A stretch of 62,098 bases of DNA from a virus (taxonomy: Duplodnaviria; Caudoviricetes), in the IMG/VR virus record IMGVR_UViG_3300046777_000588, positions 1 through 62,098 of that record. One strand, 5' to 3'. Under the pieces are notes generated by a model, which made no database searches, had not been told where the DNA came from, and was given only the letters and a program-made list of their open reading frames with translations. Each line of letters starts with the position of its first letter. The first letter of the stretch is position 1. A program made the translations under genes and the position numbers. Shown in pieces: positions 50,820-58,846 of this stretch.

Positions 50820-51037
50820 TGAACGAAAACTATTCCATACTTGTAAAAGATGCTGATAAAAATTTATCAGATATAAATGACTACAAAAAAATTGGATTTG
50901 AAGAATATCAACTTCCAGAAAACATGGTCTTGATGGTTGCAGAGGATGCACCAGAAGAAATCAAGAATGCCGCTCTTGATGCAGGGAACGGCGATTACAA
51001 CTCCCTCCAAGTAGCACTTGGAATTTCAGAATATTAA
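50819..51037 (+). CDS. Small acidic protein coupled to the polyvalent gene
   Basis: TAATG overlap. Confidence 0.6.
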   Translation: MNENYSILVKDADKNLSDINDYKKIGFEEYQLPENMVLMVAEDAPEEIKNAALDAGNGDYNSLQVALGISEY

Positions 51038-51041
51038 AATT

Positions 51042-51203
51042 ATGCCAATCCGTAAATGTGCCTCACAAAATTGTTTCACACGCAATCTTAAAACTGAACT
51101 AAAATCTGGCAAGCCATTAAAGCAAAGTTTGGCTATCGCCTATAGCGTTCAGCGCAAGGCTCGCGCCAAGAAGGCAGCGATGACCCGCAAGAAAGGCAAG
51201 TAA
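51042..51203 (+). CDS. Small basic phage protein (MP..K..S....N...E...GKP.KQ..AIAYS family)
   Basis: Motif recognition. Confidence 0.7.
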   Translation: MPIRKCASQNCFTRNLKTELKSGKPLKQSLAIAYSVQRKARAKKAAMTRKKGK

Positions 51204-51218
51204 TGACTGGGAGAAGCC

Positions 51219-51314
51219 ATGACGCATGATTCTCTGGTTTCTCTTGTTCTTGCTATTGCTACTTTCGTCGGAGGTGGATACGCGATGGCATCGGCGTTCT
51301 GGTGGGACGAGTAA
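51219..51314 (+). CDS. Possible 31-aa membrane peptide
   Basis: Hydrophobic ORF translated by hand that fills the gap. Confidence 0.35.
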   Translation: MTHDSLVSLVLAIATFVGGGYAMASAFWWDE

Positions 51315-51339
51315 GGATTCTAAAGATATAAATAAATAA

Positions 51340-51942
51340 ATGAAGTTTGAGGCTAAGTCAGTTGATCCATCACTAATGCCGTTTAGTGATTCTGAGATTA
51401 TCGGAGATCATCTGATTATTCCTGTTGTTGATTATGGTGGCAGGGAGGATAATTCGTTCTTGGTAGCTCTTGGCAAACTGGTGGAAACTTTCCTCCGCTC
51501 AAAGTCCATTAGTGGCAGTTCGATTGCTGATGATGTCGAGAAGATGGTCTGTGAGCATATTGGATTGAACTGGGATGAACATTGCGACTGGGTTCAGCGA
51601 GCATTGGATGAAGCAGGGCGTAGCCGCAATCTATCACAATCTGTGATACTCCGCGATGGGCCTAGATACTGGGCGGAACTACATTTGTTCTCACTTCGCA
51701 ACAGGGAATGCCAAGACCTAGCATTCATGCAGAGTTGGTTTAAGAACTGGGCTGATTCTATTCCGTGGAATGGTTGTCCGTGCCAACAACATTTTGAGGA
51801 CTATTGCAAGCAATTTCCTCCAGATTTTTCAGACTTGTGGAAATGGGGAATTGGTATACATAACGATGTCAACTCGCGGAATGGAAGGTCAGTATTGTCT
51901 CTTTCTGATGCAGAGAATTTATGGAAAAAAAGACTTACATAA
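51340..51942 (+). CDS. Protein with a C-terminal Erv1/Alr sulfhydryl oxidase-like domain
   Basis: GPRYWAELH...CPCQQHF...W....HNDVN motif order of the ERV fold. Confidence 0.72.
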   Translation: MKFEAKSVDPSLMPFSDSEIIGDHLIIPVVDYGGREDNSFLVALGKLVETFLRSKSISGSSIADDVEKMVCEHIGLNWDEHCDWVQRALDEAGRSRNLSQSVILRDGPRYWAELHLFSLRNRECQDLAFMQSWFKNWADSIPWNGCPCQQHFEDYCKQFPPDFSDLWKWGIGIHNDVNSRNGRSVLSLSDAENLWKKRLT

Positions 51943-52115
51943 GAGATTCAGCGCATGACCATAGGAAGGCTGGCGTTGATGGCAGCGACTATGATCCGTG
52001 GTTCTATGAGACTTGCAAGTTAGTTAATATTGCTTGCGATAAATTCTGGACAATGACAGCAGAACGAGTTAGGCTTAACGAACTTTACTATAAATCTAGG
52101 TGGGGCAGAATATAA
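51921..52115 (+). CDS. Hypothetical protein
   Basis: Operon ORF. Confidence 0.5.
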   Translation: MEKKTYIRDSAHDHRKAGVDGSDYDPWFYETCKLVNIACDKFWTMTAERVRLNELYYKSRWGRI

Positions 52116-52117
52116 AT

Positions 52118-52369
52118 ATGGTTAATAAATCAAATACATTAGGTGGAAATCACCCTGCATTTCCTGTGCAAGCGTATCCGGGCGATGCTGCAAATCCAAA
52201 GGTGCGCCCGAATACTGGCATGAGCATGAGGGACTACTTTGCGGCTCAAGCCATGAATGGATTGCTTGCTAATCCAGAGGAGTTCGGTGAAAATATTCCC
52301 GTTAAGGATGTCGCAGAATTTGCTTTTGAAATGGCAAATGCCATGATTGAACAGCGAGAAAAACAATGA
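52118..52369 (+). CDS. Conserved phage protein (PAFP...GMSMRDYFAA family)
   Basis: Motif recognition. Confidence 0.8.
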   Translation: MVNKSNTLGGNHPAFPVQAYPGDAANPKVRPNTGMSMRDYFAAQAMNGLLANPEEFGENIPVKDVAEFAFEMANAMIEQREKQ

Positions 52370-52509
52370 AAAAACAAACATCCGCGAGTCTTAAATTTGG
52401 GACTCCAACAATAACAACAACAGCAGACAGCAAACCGAAGAAAACAAGCATTAGCGTTTCCATGATGAAACCTAAGAAGTCAAAAATAAATATCATCCGA
52501 AAGAAATAA
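52366..52509 (+). CDS. Small basic protein
   Basis: 47-aa ATGA-coupled ORF translated by hand. Confidence 0.5.
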   Translation: MKKQTSASLKFGTPTITTTADSKPKKTSISVSMMKPKKSKINIIRKK

Positions 52510-52510
52510 T

Positions 52511-52762
52511 ATGAGCCAAGAAAATACACAACCAGAGCAAATCAGCGAAGACCATACTAAGGCCATTGACCATGTGCTGAAGCAAATCGACATTACTACT
52601 GTCTCTGCTCACGATGTCTTTGCTGACATCATCAATCGAGCAAAGCGTTTCAACTTTGAACTGATGGTTGCTTGCTCTTTAATGGAGAAAGTTCTTATTA
52701 AAGAAAAAACCGAATCTATTGAACAAGGAAATGAAGATGAAGGACAGCGAGTGGAATCGTAA
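52511..52762 (+). CDS. Hypothetical protein
   Basis: Operon ORF. Confidence 0.6.
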   Translation: MSQENTQPEQISEDHTKAIDHVLKQIDITTVSAHDVFADIINRAKRFNFELMVACSLMEKVLIKEKTESIEQGNEDEGQRVES

Positions 52763-52895
52763 CGGAAAAGGCGACAAACCGCGCACCAAGACATGGGAGC
52801 GCAAGTGGCAAGATAACTACGATGAGATTGACTGGTCAGAGCATCGTAAGAAAAAGAAGAATACTGATCGCAAAAAAGAGCGAATCAAGTATTGA
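52731..52895 (+). CDS. Small phage protein (GKGDKPR...NYDEIDW family)
   Basis: 54-aa ORF translated by hand. Confidence 0.6.
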   Translation: MKMKDSEWNRNGKGDKPRTKTWERKWQDNYDEIDWSEHRKKKKNTDRKKERIKY

Positions 52896-52901
52896 GATTT
52901 A

Positions 52902-53035
52902 AGCAGGCAGATGGACATACGACTAGTTGGGCCTCTCGTGGAAGCATACTTCAACTAGTGGGATGGGCGGCTTACTATAAGTCCTAGACTCCCGAAAGCC
53001 CACATCTGAAAAGGGAATGCATACCCGTTCCTGCT
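52902..53035. ncRNA. Candidate structured ncRNA at the convergence of the two genome arms
   Basis: Nested stems AGCAGG/CCTGCT, CAGATG/CATCTG, ACTAGTTG/CAACTAGT, TGGGC/GCCCA. Confidence 0.5.
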
Positions 53036-53390
53036 ACTCTCTCAACCAATCATTGTAATACTTGGCAAGAAGTAGTTTGTTCTCGTTTTGTATATCCTCG
53101 TAGGCTTGTTCGTGTTTCACTGGAAGGTCTGGATTCACATACTTCCAATCTTCCTGAGTGCTTACAGGCTCAACTGGAGTAGCTGGGGCAACCATGACAT
53201 TGTTATTATTGATTGGATTTACTCCATGCGTTGACATATTCCCGCTATTGTCATTACGCAGATACATATCTTTAATGTGAGGATAACCACCTTTGGGATA
53301 TGTTAGAGTGCGTGACTCTGTATATGTTTCTTTGCTAACGCTAGAGCAAGCTGGTATTGCTAGTGCTATTAGTAGTATGTATTTATTCAT
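53034..53390 (-). CDS. Lipoprotein
   Basis: MNKYILLIALAIPAC signal peptide and lipobox. Confidence 0.65.
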   Translation of the reverse strand: MNKYILLIALAIPACSSVSKETYTESRTLTYPKGGYPHIKDMYLRNDNSGNMSTHGVNPINNNNVMVAPATPVEPVSTQEDWKYVNPDLPVKHEQAYEDIQNENKLLLAKYYNDWLRE

Positions 53391-53394
53391 ATAT

Positions 53395-53769
53395 TTATAT
53401 TTGTTTTATTTCGATTTCCGTTCTTTCTTGCGTTTTCTTTGGAACTTTGACTTGGATGAACTCAATCTGGACGCTTTCTGGATCATCGTCTCTGATGAGT
53501 TTAGCGTATCGTAGCTGGTCAATAAGCGGCTTACATCCTCCCGCATAGTTGTCGCAATCGAGTGGTCTGCAACTATATCTCGTAATGCGGACAAAAGAGC
53601 GTTTCTTGCTATTTTCTTTTCGCGCATCAGTATTCGGAAGTGTTTTCCTAGCAACTGGTTTAGGCTTGGGGTCAGATACCCGTGTAGCGTTAGTTTCAGA
53701 GCGTGAGTAGTTTCCATCGGCATCTATCTTATATCCCATTTGTCGCAGAATCTCATGGGTAAAGTTCAT
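53395..53769 (-). CDS. rusA: RusA-like Holliday junction resolvase, catalytic part
   Basis: RPLDCDNY...KPLID.L...IRDD catalytic motif; N-terminus is atypical. Confidence 0.75.
   Translation of the reverse strand: MNFTHEILRQMGYKIDADGNYSRSETNATRVSDPKPKPVARKTLPNTDARKENSKKRSFVRITRYSCRPLDCDNYAGGCKPLIDQLRYAKLIRDDDPESVQIEFIQVKVPKKTQERTEIEIKQI
53406..53723 (-). CDS. Overlapping-frame ORF encoding a RusA-like N-terminal strand and helix
   Basis: LKLTLHGYLTPSLNQLLGKHF...REKK matches the PS.N..H..KK N-terminus of RusA-like proteins. Confidence 0.5.
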   Translation of the reverse strand: MPMETTHALKLTLHGYLTPSLNQLLGKHFRILMREKKIARNALLSALRDIVADHSIATTMREDVSRLLTSYDTLNSSETMIQKASRLSSSKSKFQRKRKKERKSK

Positions 53770-53969
53770 TGTTGTTGTAATTTCATTCTAGCATCGTCGC
53801 GTTGAAGCATCATTGCGTTTGCTTCTAGCCTGTATCGTTCAGCTTTCTCTAGTGCCTCATCCCTCTCCCGCTCCAACTTTCTAGCGAAACTAGCTTCCAC
53901 TACTTCATGTAGGATACCTTCGCTATGGTCTGACCATGCTCTTGCGTCTGTTTCTGGAGTATTATTCAT
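53766..53969 (-). CDS. Coiled-coil phage protein (TPETDA...LERERDEA family)
   Basis: Motif recognition. Confidence 0.75.
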   Translation of the reverse strand: MNNTPETDARAWSDHSEGILHEVVEASFARKLERERDEALEKAERYRLEANAMMLQRDDARMKLQQQ

Positions 53970-54097
53970 TTAATTTGTTGCCCACATAAAGGACATTTCT
54001 TGAAGTCAGGCTTTGTCATCACTTTTTCCCATGCCATGCAGAATGACATATAGGCAATTACTAAAAGCGTAAATGCTGTTATAGTAGTTGTTTTCAT
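53966..54097 (-). CDS. Small membrane protein with CPLC
   Basis: 43-aa ORF translated by hand, coupled at both ends. Confidence 0.5.
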   Translation of the reverse strand: MKTTTITAFTLLVIAYMSFCMAWEKVMTKPDFKKCPLCGQQIK

Positions 54098-54564
54098 TAT
54101 ATGAAATTTAATAATTCAAAATTATTTTTAGGTGAACCATCCCATGTTATACCAGATTTTCCTGATATGTCTTTTAACCTCCACAATGCCCAACAATTTT
54201 GTTCTACAATGTGCGCTGCAAGAATATCAAAATCTCCTTCAACATAATTAGTGTGTAATGATGATTCTTTATTTGAATTTAAGCACGATGGTTTTTTGCT
54301 TGATGTTGATATTTGCCAAGTTCCGCTTTCTCTTAATACCCCCTTTTTTACTTGAACACTAATAGGTCTATTTGGTTTTTTCCAAACAATTAGATCAGCT
54401 TTTTGAGAGTGTCCAATTGGTGTAAATACAACAAATCCATTTTTAACGGCCTCTGACATGAAATTTATTTCACAGAATGTTCCAATGTCACAATTTGAAT
54501 TTCCTTCTTTTTTGCTATAAACAATGTAAGGAGATTCATCAAACAACGAGTGTTGCAATTCCAT
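54097..54564 (-). CDS. PD-(D/E)XK homing-type endonuclease
   Basis: G...E..F, ADLIV, VQVKK, Y..GDFD motifs; low GC. Confidence 0.8.
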   Translation of the reverse strand: MELQHSLFDESPYIVYSKKEGNSNCDIGTFCEINFMSEAVKNGFVVFTPIGHSQKADLIVWKKPNRPISVQVKKGVLRESGTWQISTSSKKPSCLNSNKESSLHTNYVEGDFDILAAHIVEQNCWALWRLKDISGKSGITWDGSPKNNFELLNFI

Positions 54565-54574
54565 AATTTATAGG

Positions 54575-54660
54575 TTGAGAGCGAGCCGTTTTATGTGGTT
54601 ACGGCTCAGGGGCAAATGATAACCAGATACCACTCCGCCACAATCCCCTTGTTCTCTCAA
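54575..54660 (-). ncRNA. Three-way-junction structured element downstream of ssb
   Basis: Stems TTGAGAG/CTCTCAA, AGGGG/CCCCT, GAGCCGT/ACGGCTC; loop-loop TGTGG/CCACA. Confidence 0.55.
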
Positions 54661-54663
54661 AGG

Positions 54664-55164
54664 CTAGAAGGGTATGGCATCTCCTTCATCATCATGTGTT
54701 TTCGGAGTATGCTTTCCTCCAATAGCAAGATGTGGGTAGTCTTTTTTCAACTGCTCAAGAACTGACTTGCGCTTCTTGTCGTATTCCTCTCGGTTCTTCT
54801 CACGCTTTGTTGCAAGAGGATTTAGCCAGCGAGCCTTCACTTGTGTCTTGCCTTGCCATTCAGATTCGTCGCATTGCAAGCGAACCCTGCGGCCAATGAA
54901 GGCATCAAGACTATCTTCGTTGTCCCAGTTGCCGTCCCATTGGAAAACTTGTTTAAGAGTCTCCTCAGTGCGTTCACGGCTCTTTTCTGTTAGGTATCCA
55001 TACCAGACCGACTCGCATCCATGCTGATCGCTCTCTGGCATATCAACAATGCAAGGAATGCGAATGAATGGTGCTTTGCCTTCTGGATGATCCAGCCATC
55101 CGTTGCCGGGGGACTTGACTGTGCAAATATATTTGCCGGGTTTATCAATGTATTTTTTATCCAT
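54664..55164 (-). CDS. ssb: Single-stranded DNA-binding protein (phage type)
   Basis: PGKY...OB-like body and acidic DDEGDAIPF C-terminus. Confidence 0.75.
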   Translation of the reverse strand: MDKKYIDKPGKYICTVKSPGNGWLDHPEGKAPFIRIPCIVDMPESDQHGCESVWYGYLTEKSRERTEETLKQVFQWDGNWDNEDSLDAFIGRRVRLQCDESEWQGKTQVKARWLNPLATKREKNREEYDKKRKSVLEQLKKDYPHLAIGGKHTPKTHDDEGDAIPF

Positions 55165-55197
55165 AGTATTTATTTAGTAGCGTTGCTACGCGAGAGA

Positions 55198-55383
55198 TCA
55201 GAACTCAAAATCATCCTCCGCGCAAATCTTTTTTTCTACAAATTTTTCTTGGTAGATTTTTACTCCGAGTTCGTATGCCTTCATCGCATCATCATACTTG
55301 TCTGATTGGCGCGAAGCCCAGATATGATTTGCAAAGTCGAAGCAATTACTGGCCTCAATGAATGCTGCATCAGTGTCACTCAT
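55198..55383 (-). CDS. Hypothetical protein
   Basis: Operon ORF. Confidence 0.6.
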   Translation of the reverse strand: MSDTDAAFIEASNCFDFANHIWASRQSDKYDDAMKAYELGVKIYQEKFVEKKICAEDDFEF

Positions 55384-55552
55384 TTGCTTTTTTCTTTATG
55401 TAATCAAGAATGATTTTTAGCTTGCGAACTTCTTCCAACGCTTCGTCGCGCTCCTTTTCTAGTCGATGAATTACATCCATCGCAAGATCGCGCTGATTTT
55501 GCATATTGTCTAATTCCTCCAATGCCTCGTCTAAGGTTTTTATGTTTTTCAT
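55376..55552 (-). CDS. Small coiled-coil protein (EKERDEA)
   Basis: 58-aa ORF translated by hand, coupled to the dnaB stop. Confidence 0.6.
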   Translation of the reverse strand: MKNIKTLDEALEELDNMQNQRDLAMDVIHRLEKERDEALEEVRKLKIILDYIKKKANE

Positions 55553-56799
55553 TTTTTCTTTTCTTGTTTTTCTCCTTGCTCAAATCGTGAGATTTCTCCG
55601 CGCATGACAACTGGGAAACCTACCCCCCGCGCGCCTCGGCGGTTCTTTTCCACAACGATGCTGGAATTGTTTTTCTCGTGAATGATGAACAACGCATGGT
55701 CTGCATGATGCCCGATTGCGCGAGACTCGCGGAGCTTTCCATCATCGTTCAGTTGGCTTGCAGTGACCACAAGAGACTGACTTTTTAGGGCAGTCAATTT
55801 TAATCTGCGAGTCAATTCTGAAATCGCTTGCTCACGATTATCAGCTTTCGGCATGGATACAATTTGCAGGTAGTCCACGATAATCACATCAGCTTTTCCT
55901 AGCGATGCCAGTCGTTGTGCTTCAGCGTCGATTGCTCCAACTTCAGAGAGATCATCGCGGAGAGTGATTGGCATTTTATTCAGGGCTTGAAGTGCATTGG
56001 CGATTTCCTTGAATGATGCGACGAATGATGTCCCATCTCCAAAGTCACCTTGATTCACAATCTTCTTTCCAATGATGTTTGAAGCCATACGGCGAAGGAT
56101 CGTTTTGCACGGCATTTCAAGCGAGAAGATCGCAACCGACTTATTGTCCATCAGAGCCTCAAGAGCGATTTGGTAAAGTAAGATTGATTTACCTCCCGAA
56201 GTCTGCGCTCCGACGACAACCATTTCTCCACGATGGAATCCACCACCGAATCCCATGTCGAGATCGTGCATTCCAGTTTTGAATGTATCCAGCTTGTTCT
56301 TGTTCTCAAGATCATCGACTAGCTCATTGATGTGTTGATTGATCGTTTTGATTTCGGAATCAGTGACAACGCATCCTGCGATTTGCTCTGAGAGTTCATT
56401 CAAGTCCATTCGCATCTCACGAATGTCTCTGTCTGAATTTGTGATTAGCTTGATAGCATCTCGGTAGGATTTAGCCTTGATGAGTTGCTGGCGGTAGTCG
56501 TCAGCGATGGATACCGATACTGGGCCGGGAGCAATGTAGATTGTCTTAATCATCTCCATCACGGAATCAGTTCCACCGACCTCTGCGAGTTTACCAGTTG
56601 TCTCTAGCTCTGAAATGACAGAAACTGCCGTGATAACTCCAGTTCGGCTATGGATGGCCTCGATTGCCTCAAAAACGCTTTTAGTGGCATTGTGGAAGAA
56701 ATACGAGGGTTCCCAGTGAAGTTGTGAATAACAATCTGGATTGGATACGAGCAAAGAGATGGCTGCATTCTCTGCTGTGTTTGCGATTGGGATAGTCAT
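55549..56799 (-). CDS. dnaB: Replicative DnaB-like helicase
   Basis: GAQTSGGKS Walker A, FSLEM, IIVDYLQ, SQLN, LRES.AI. Confidence 0.93.
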   Translation of the reverse strand: MTIPIANTAENAAISLLVSNPDCYSQLHWEPSYFFHNATKSVFEAIEAIHSRTGVITAVSVISELETTGKLAEVGGTDSVMEMIKTIYIAPGPVSVSIADDYRQQLIKAKSYRDAIKLITNSDRDIREMRMDLNELSEQIAGCVVTDSEIKTINQHINELVDDLENKNKLDTFKTGMHDLDMGFGGGFHRGEMVVVGAQTSGGKSILLYQIALEALMDNKSVAIFSLEMPCKTILRRMASNIIGKKIVNQGDFGDGTSFVASFKEIANALQALNKMPITLRDDLSEVGAIDAEAQRLASLGKADVIIVDYLQIVSMPKADNREQAISELTRRLKLTALKSQSLVVTASQLNDDGKLRESRAIGHHADHALFIIHEKNNSSIVVEKNRRGARGVGFPVVMRGEISRFEQGEKQEKKK

Positions 56800-56805
56800 A
56801 ATAAA

Positions 56806-57465
56806 TTAAAAAATAAAAACTTCTTGTGACATTCTTTTAGCTGCTATCTCGCAGTATCTTTCATTCATCTCTATACCGATTGATTTTATTCCATTGTCTT
56901 TGCATACTCGCATGGTTGTCCCGCTTCCCATAAATGGATCGAGAACAATCATCTCTTTTGTTGCTACCTTCTGAACCAGCCAAGACCATGCCTTCTCTGG
57001 TTTAGGGCATGGATGCCCGTTCTTTTCTGGGGATTCAGTCATCTTGTAACTTGCCGCTTCTGGTTTTTTGCCCTGCAAATGATGCCATCCATAATAAAGA
57101 ATCGGCTGTGCGTCTGCATACCCAAATCGGTGCATACCGCATGAAGATGGAGAATAAAAACAACCGAATCCATCTGGAGAAGGATAAAGCGTTAGGTTTT
57201 TCCACCCGCTTGTTAACGCCATTGTTTTCCATTTTGCCACTTCAAACAATGCCTTTACAACAACTGACTTGATATATTCTGGAGTATCATCAAAGTCAGA
57301 AGAGTAGTTTCCTTTTCCTCTGAGTTTCGATGTTCCTCCGTTGCCTCCATCAATTCCGTATGGTGGATCAGTAACAATGCAATCAACCTCTCCAATCACA
57401 GGAAGTGCAGTAATACAGTTAGCGTTATAAATCGTCACTAGCGAGTCTTCGTAGTATTTTTTCAT
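56806..57465 (-). CDS. DNA methyltransferase (N4-C/N6-A, beta class)
   Basis: TDPPY, HPCPKP, LDPFMGSGTT, GIE. Confidence 0.92.
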   Translation of the reverse strand: MKKYYEDSLVTIYNANCITALPVIGEVDCIVTDPPYGIDGGNGGTSKLRGKGNYSSDFDDTPEYIKSVVVKALFEVAKWKTMALTSGWKNLTLYPSPDGFGCFYSPSSCGMHRFGYADAQPILYYGWHHLQGKKPEAASYKMTESPEKNGHPCPKPEKAWSWLVQKVATKEMIVLDPFMGSGTTMRVCKDNGIKSIGIEMNERYCEIAAKRMSQEVFIF

Positions 57466-58265
57466 AAGCTAGGGCGGTAGCCTTCAGTAATTCCAAGCAT
57501 TGAGCCGGGAACATAGGATTGTTTCTCCATTGGTTTTTCAATTCGATTCATCCAGTTGGTAACGAAACGACGAGTTTTCTTGCGGTCTGGGTGAGTTGCA
57601 ATCCAAGCATCAATTTTTTTGAGTTCTATATCAACATTTACCCAGTCGTAGGTTTTTTTGAGATATTCTACAAATTCTTCAGTTGTTCTATTATCTTTAA
57701 CTTGTCTTTTTGGCTTGTTGACTTCACAGGGTGAAGGCAATGAAGCCTCCTGCTCCGCTACTGTCTCTTGCATTTCTTTACCAGTATTAGGTATTTTATT
57801 ATTAGTAATAGGTATTTGGGTGCGGTTTAGCCACACTCTGGTGGAACCACCCTGTGGTAAAACCGGAGGGTGGTTTTCTTGAACATCAGCAATGGAGAAA
57901 TTCCCCATCGTTGCGTTCTGTGCAAACTTGACTCCGACATACCAACCAATGACTTTTCCTCCTGCATCTTTGCGCTGAATGTCCTCAATGAATCCAGCTT
58001 CTTTGAGTTGAGACTTTGCCTTGGCAAACCTTTCCCTGCCCCAAGCCATAGCCTTCATCGCATATTCAGATGTTGCGTAAACAGCATTGTTCTTCTGCCA
58101 TTTTCTGGTATAGGCATAGAAGGTATACAATGCTATGCAGTCTGATGGATTATCCATCTTGAGTATTCGGTCAATTGTTGGCTTTGTGATTCCTATGAGA
58201 TGATCCTCAATGGAACCTTCTGCCATTGACTGGCATCTTTCATATTGTTCTATTTTGAATTGCAT
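57462..58265 (-). CDS. Putative replication initiator
   Basis: N-terminal wHTH (L.EAGFI), linker, C-terminal F.TNW domain; upstream of dnaB. Confidence 0.65.
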   Translation of the reverse strand: MQFKIEQYERCQSMAEGSIEDHLIGITKPTIDRILKMDNPSDCIALYTFYAYTRKWQKNNAVYATSEYAMKAMAWGRERFAKAKSQLKEAGFIEDIQRKDAGGKVIGWYVGVKFAQNATMGNFSIADVQENHPPVLPQGGSTRVWLNRTQIPITNNKIPNTGKEMQETVAEQEASLPSPCEVNKPKRQVKDNRTTEEFVEYLKKTYDWVNVDIELKKIDAWIATHPDRKKTRRFVTNWMNRIEKPMEKQSYVPGSMLGITEGYRPSL

Positions 58266-58274
58266 TATGGTCTT

Positions 58275-58583
58275 TCATTTCAAGATCAATGGCTTAATCG
58301 TTTTTCCAGTAATGTTGCACTTGCGCTTCTCTGTGCATTGCAATACACCTTTCTTCTTGAGTCCATTGCATCGGCCAGAGACTGCATTGATTGCGATACC
58401 AGTTAGTTCAGACAACTCTTGCAGAGAATAATCTGATCCTCGTTTCATCTTTTCAAGAATCTGCTTCTCTTGTCTTTGCAGGGTTCCATCATACTGAATT
58501 TCATTATATGCTTCAAGCGATGTGCTTTGCATATCTGTCTTCTTACTCCAACCGAATAGTTCTGTTAGTGATATATCAGTCAT
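58275..58583 (-). CDS. Winged-helix DNA-binding protein
   Basis: TS.EAY...S.QEL..LTGI..N.VSGR...L.K.G. Confidence 0.7.
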   Translation of the reverse strand: MTDISLTELFGWSKKTDMQSTSLEAYNEIQYDGTLQRQEKQILEKMKRGSDYSLQELSELTGIAINAVSGRCNGLKKKGVLQCTEKRKCNITGKTIKPLILK

Positions 58584-58607
58584 ATATTTATTTATTATTG
58601 TTTATGT

Positions 58608-58832
58608 TTATTTCATTCCAAATATGGACATTAGATCGTTTATACTTGATGGCCGTTGTTGAAAATTGTGTGATGTTTTTTCAACAGGCTCATCTTCTCC
58701 ATCCCAATATGCAGTATCCCATGTCGTATCAAATAGCTTGCGTAAGCCTTTGGCCGACATGGTAACATTGCCATCTCCTTCAAACGAAGGATTGCGTTTA
58801 ACATAGATTCTCCACAATTCATTTTTTGTCAT
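58608..58832 (-). CDS. Hypothetical protein
   Basis: Operon ORF. Confidence 0.6.
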   Translation of the reverse strand: MTKNELWRIYVKRNPSFEGDGNVTMSAKGLRKLFDTTWDTAYWDGEDEPVEKTSHNFQQRPSSINDLMSIFGMK

Positions 58833-58846
58833 AGTTTTGTTAATAA

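Noticed and set aside
54097-54660. Group I intron housing the PD-(D/E)XK endonuclease
   Set aside because: The flanking genes are intact, and the adjacent structure (~86 nt) is too small and lacks recognisable P7 core elements.
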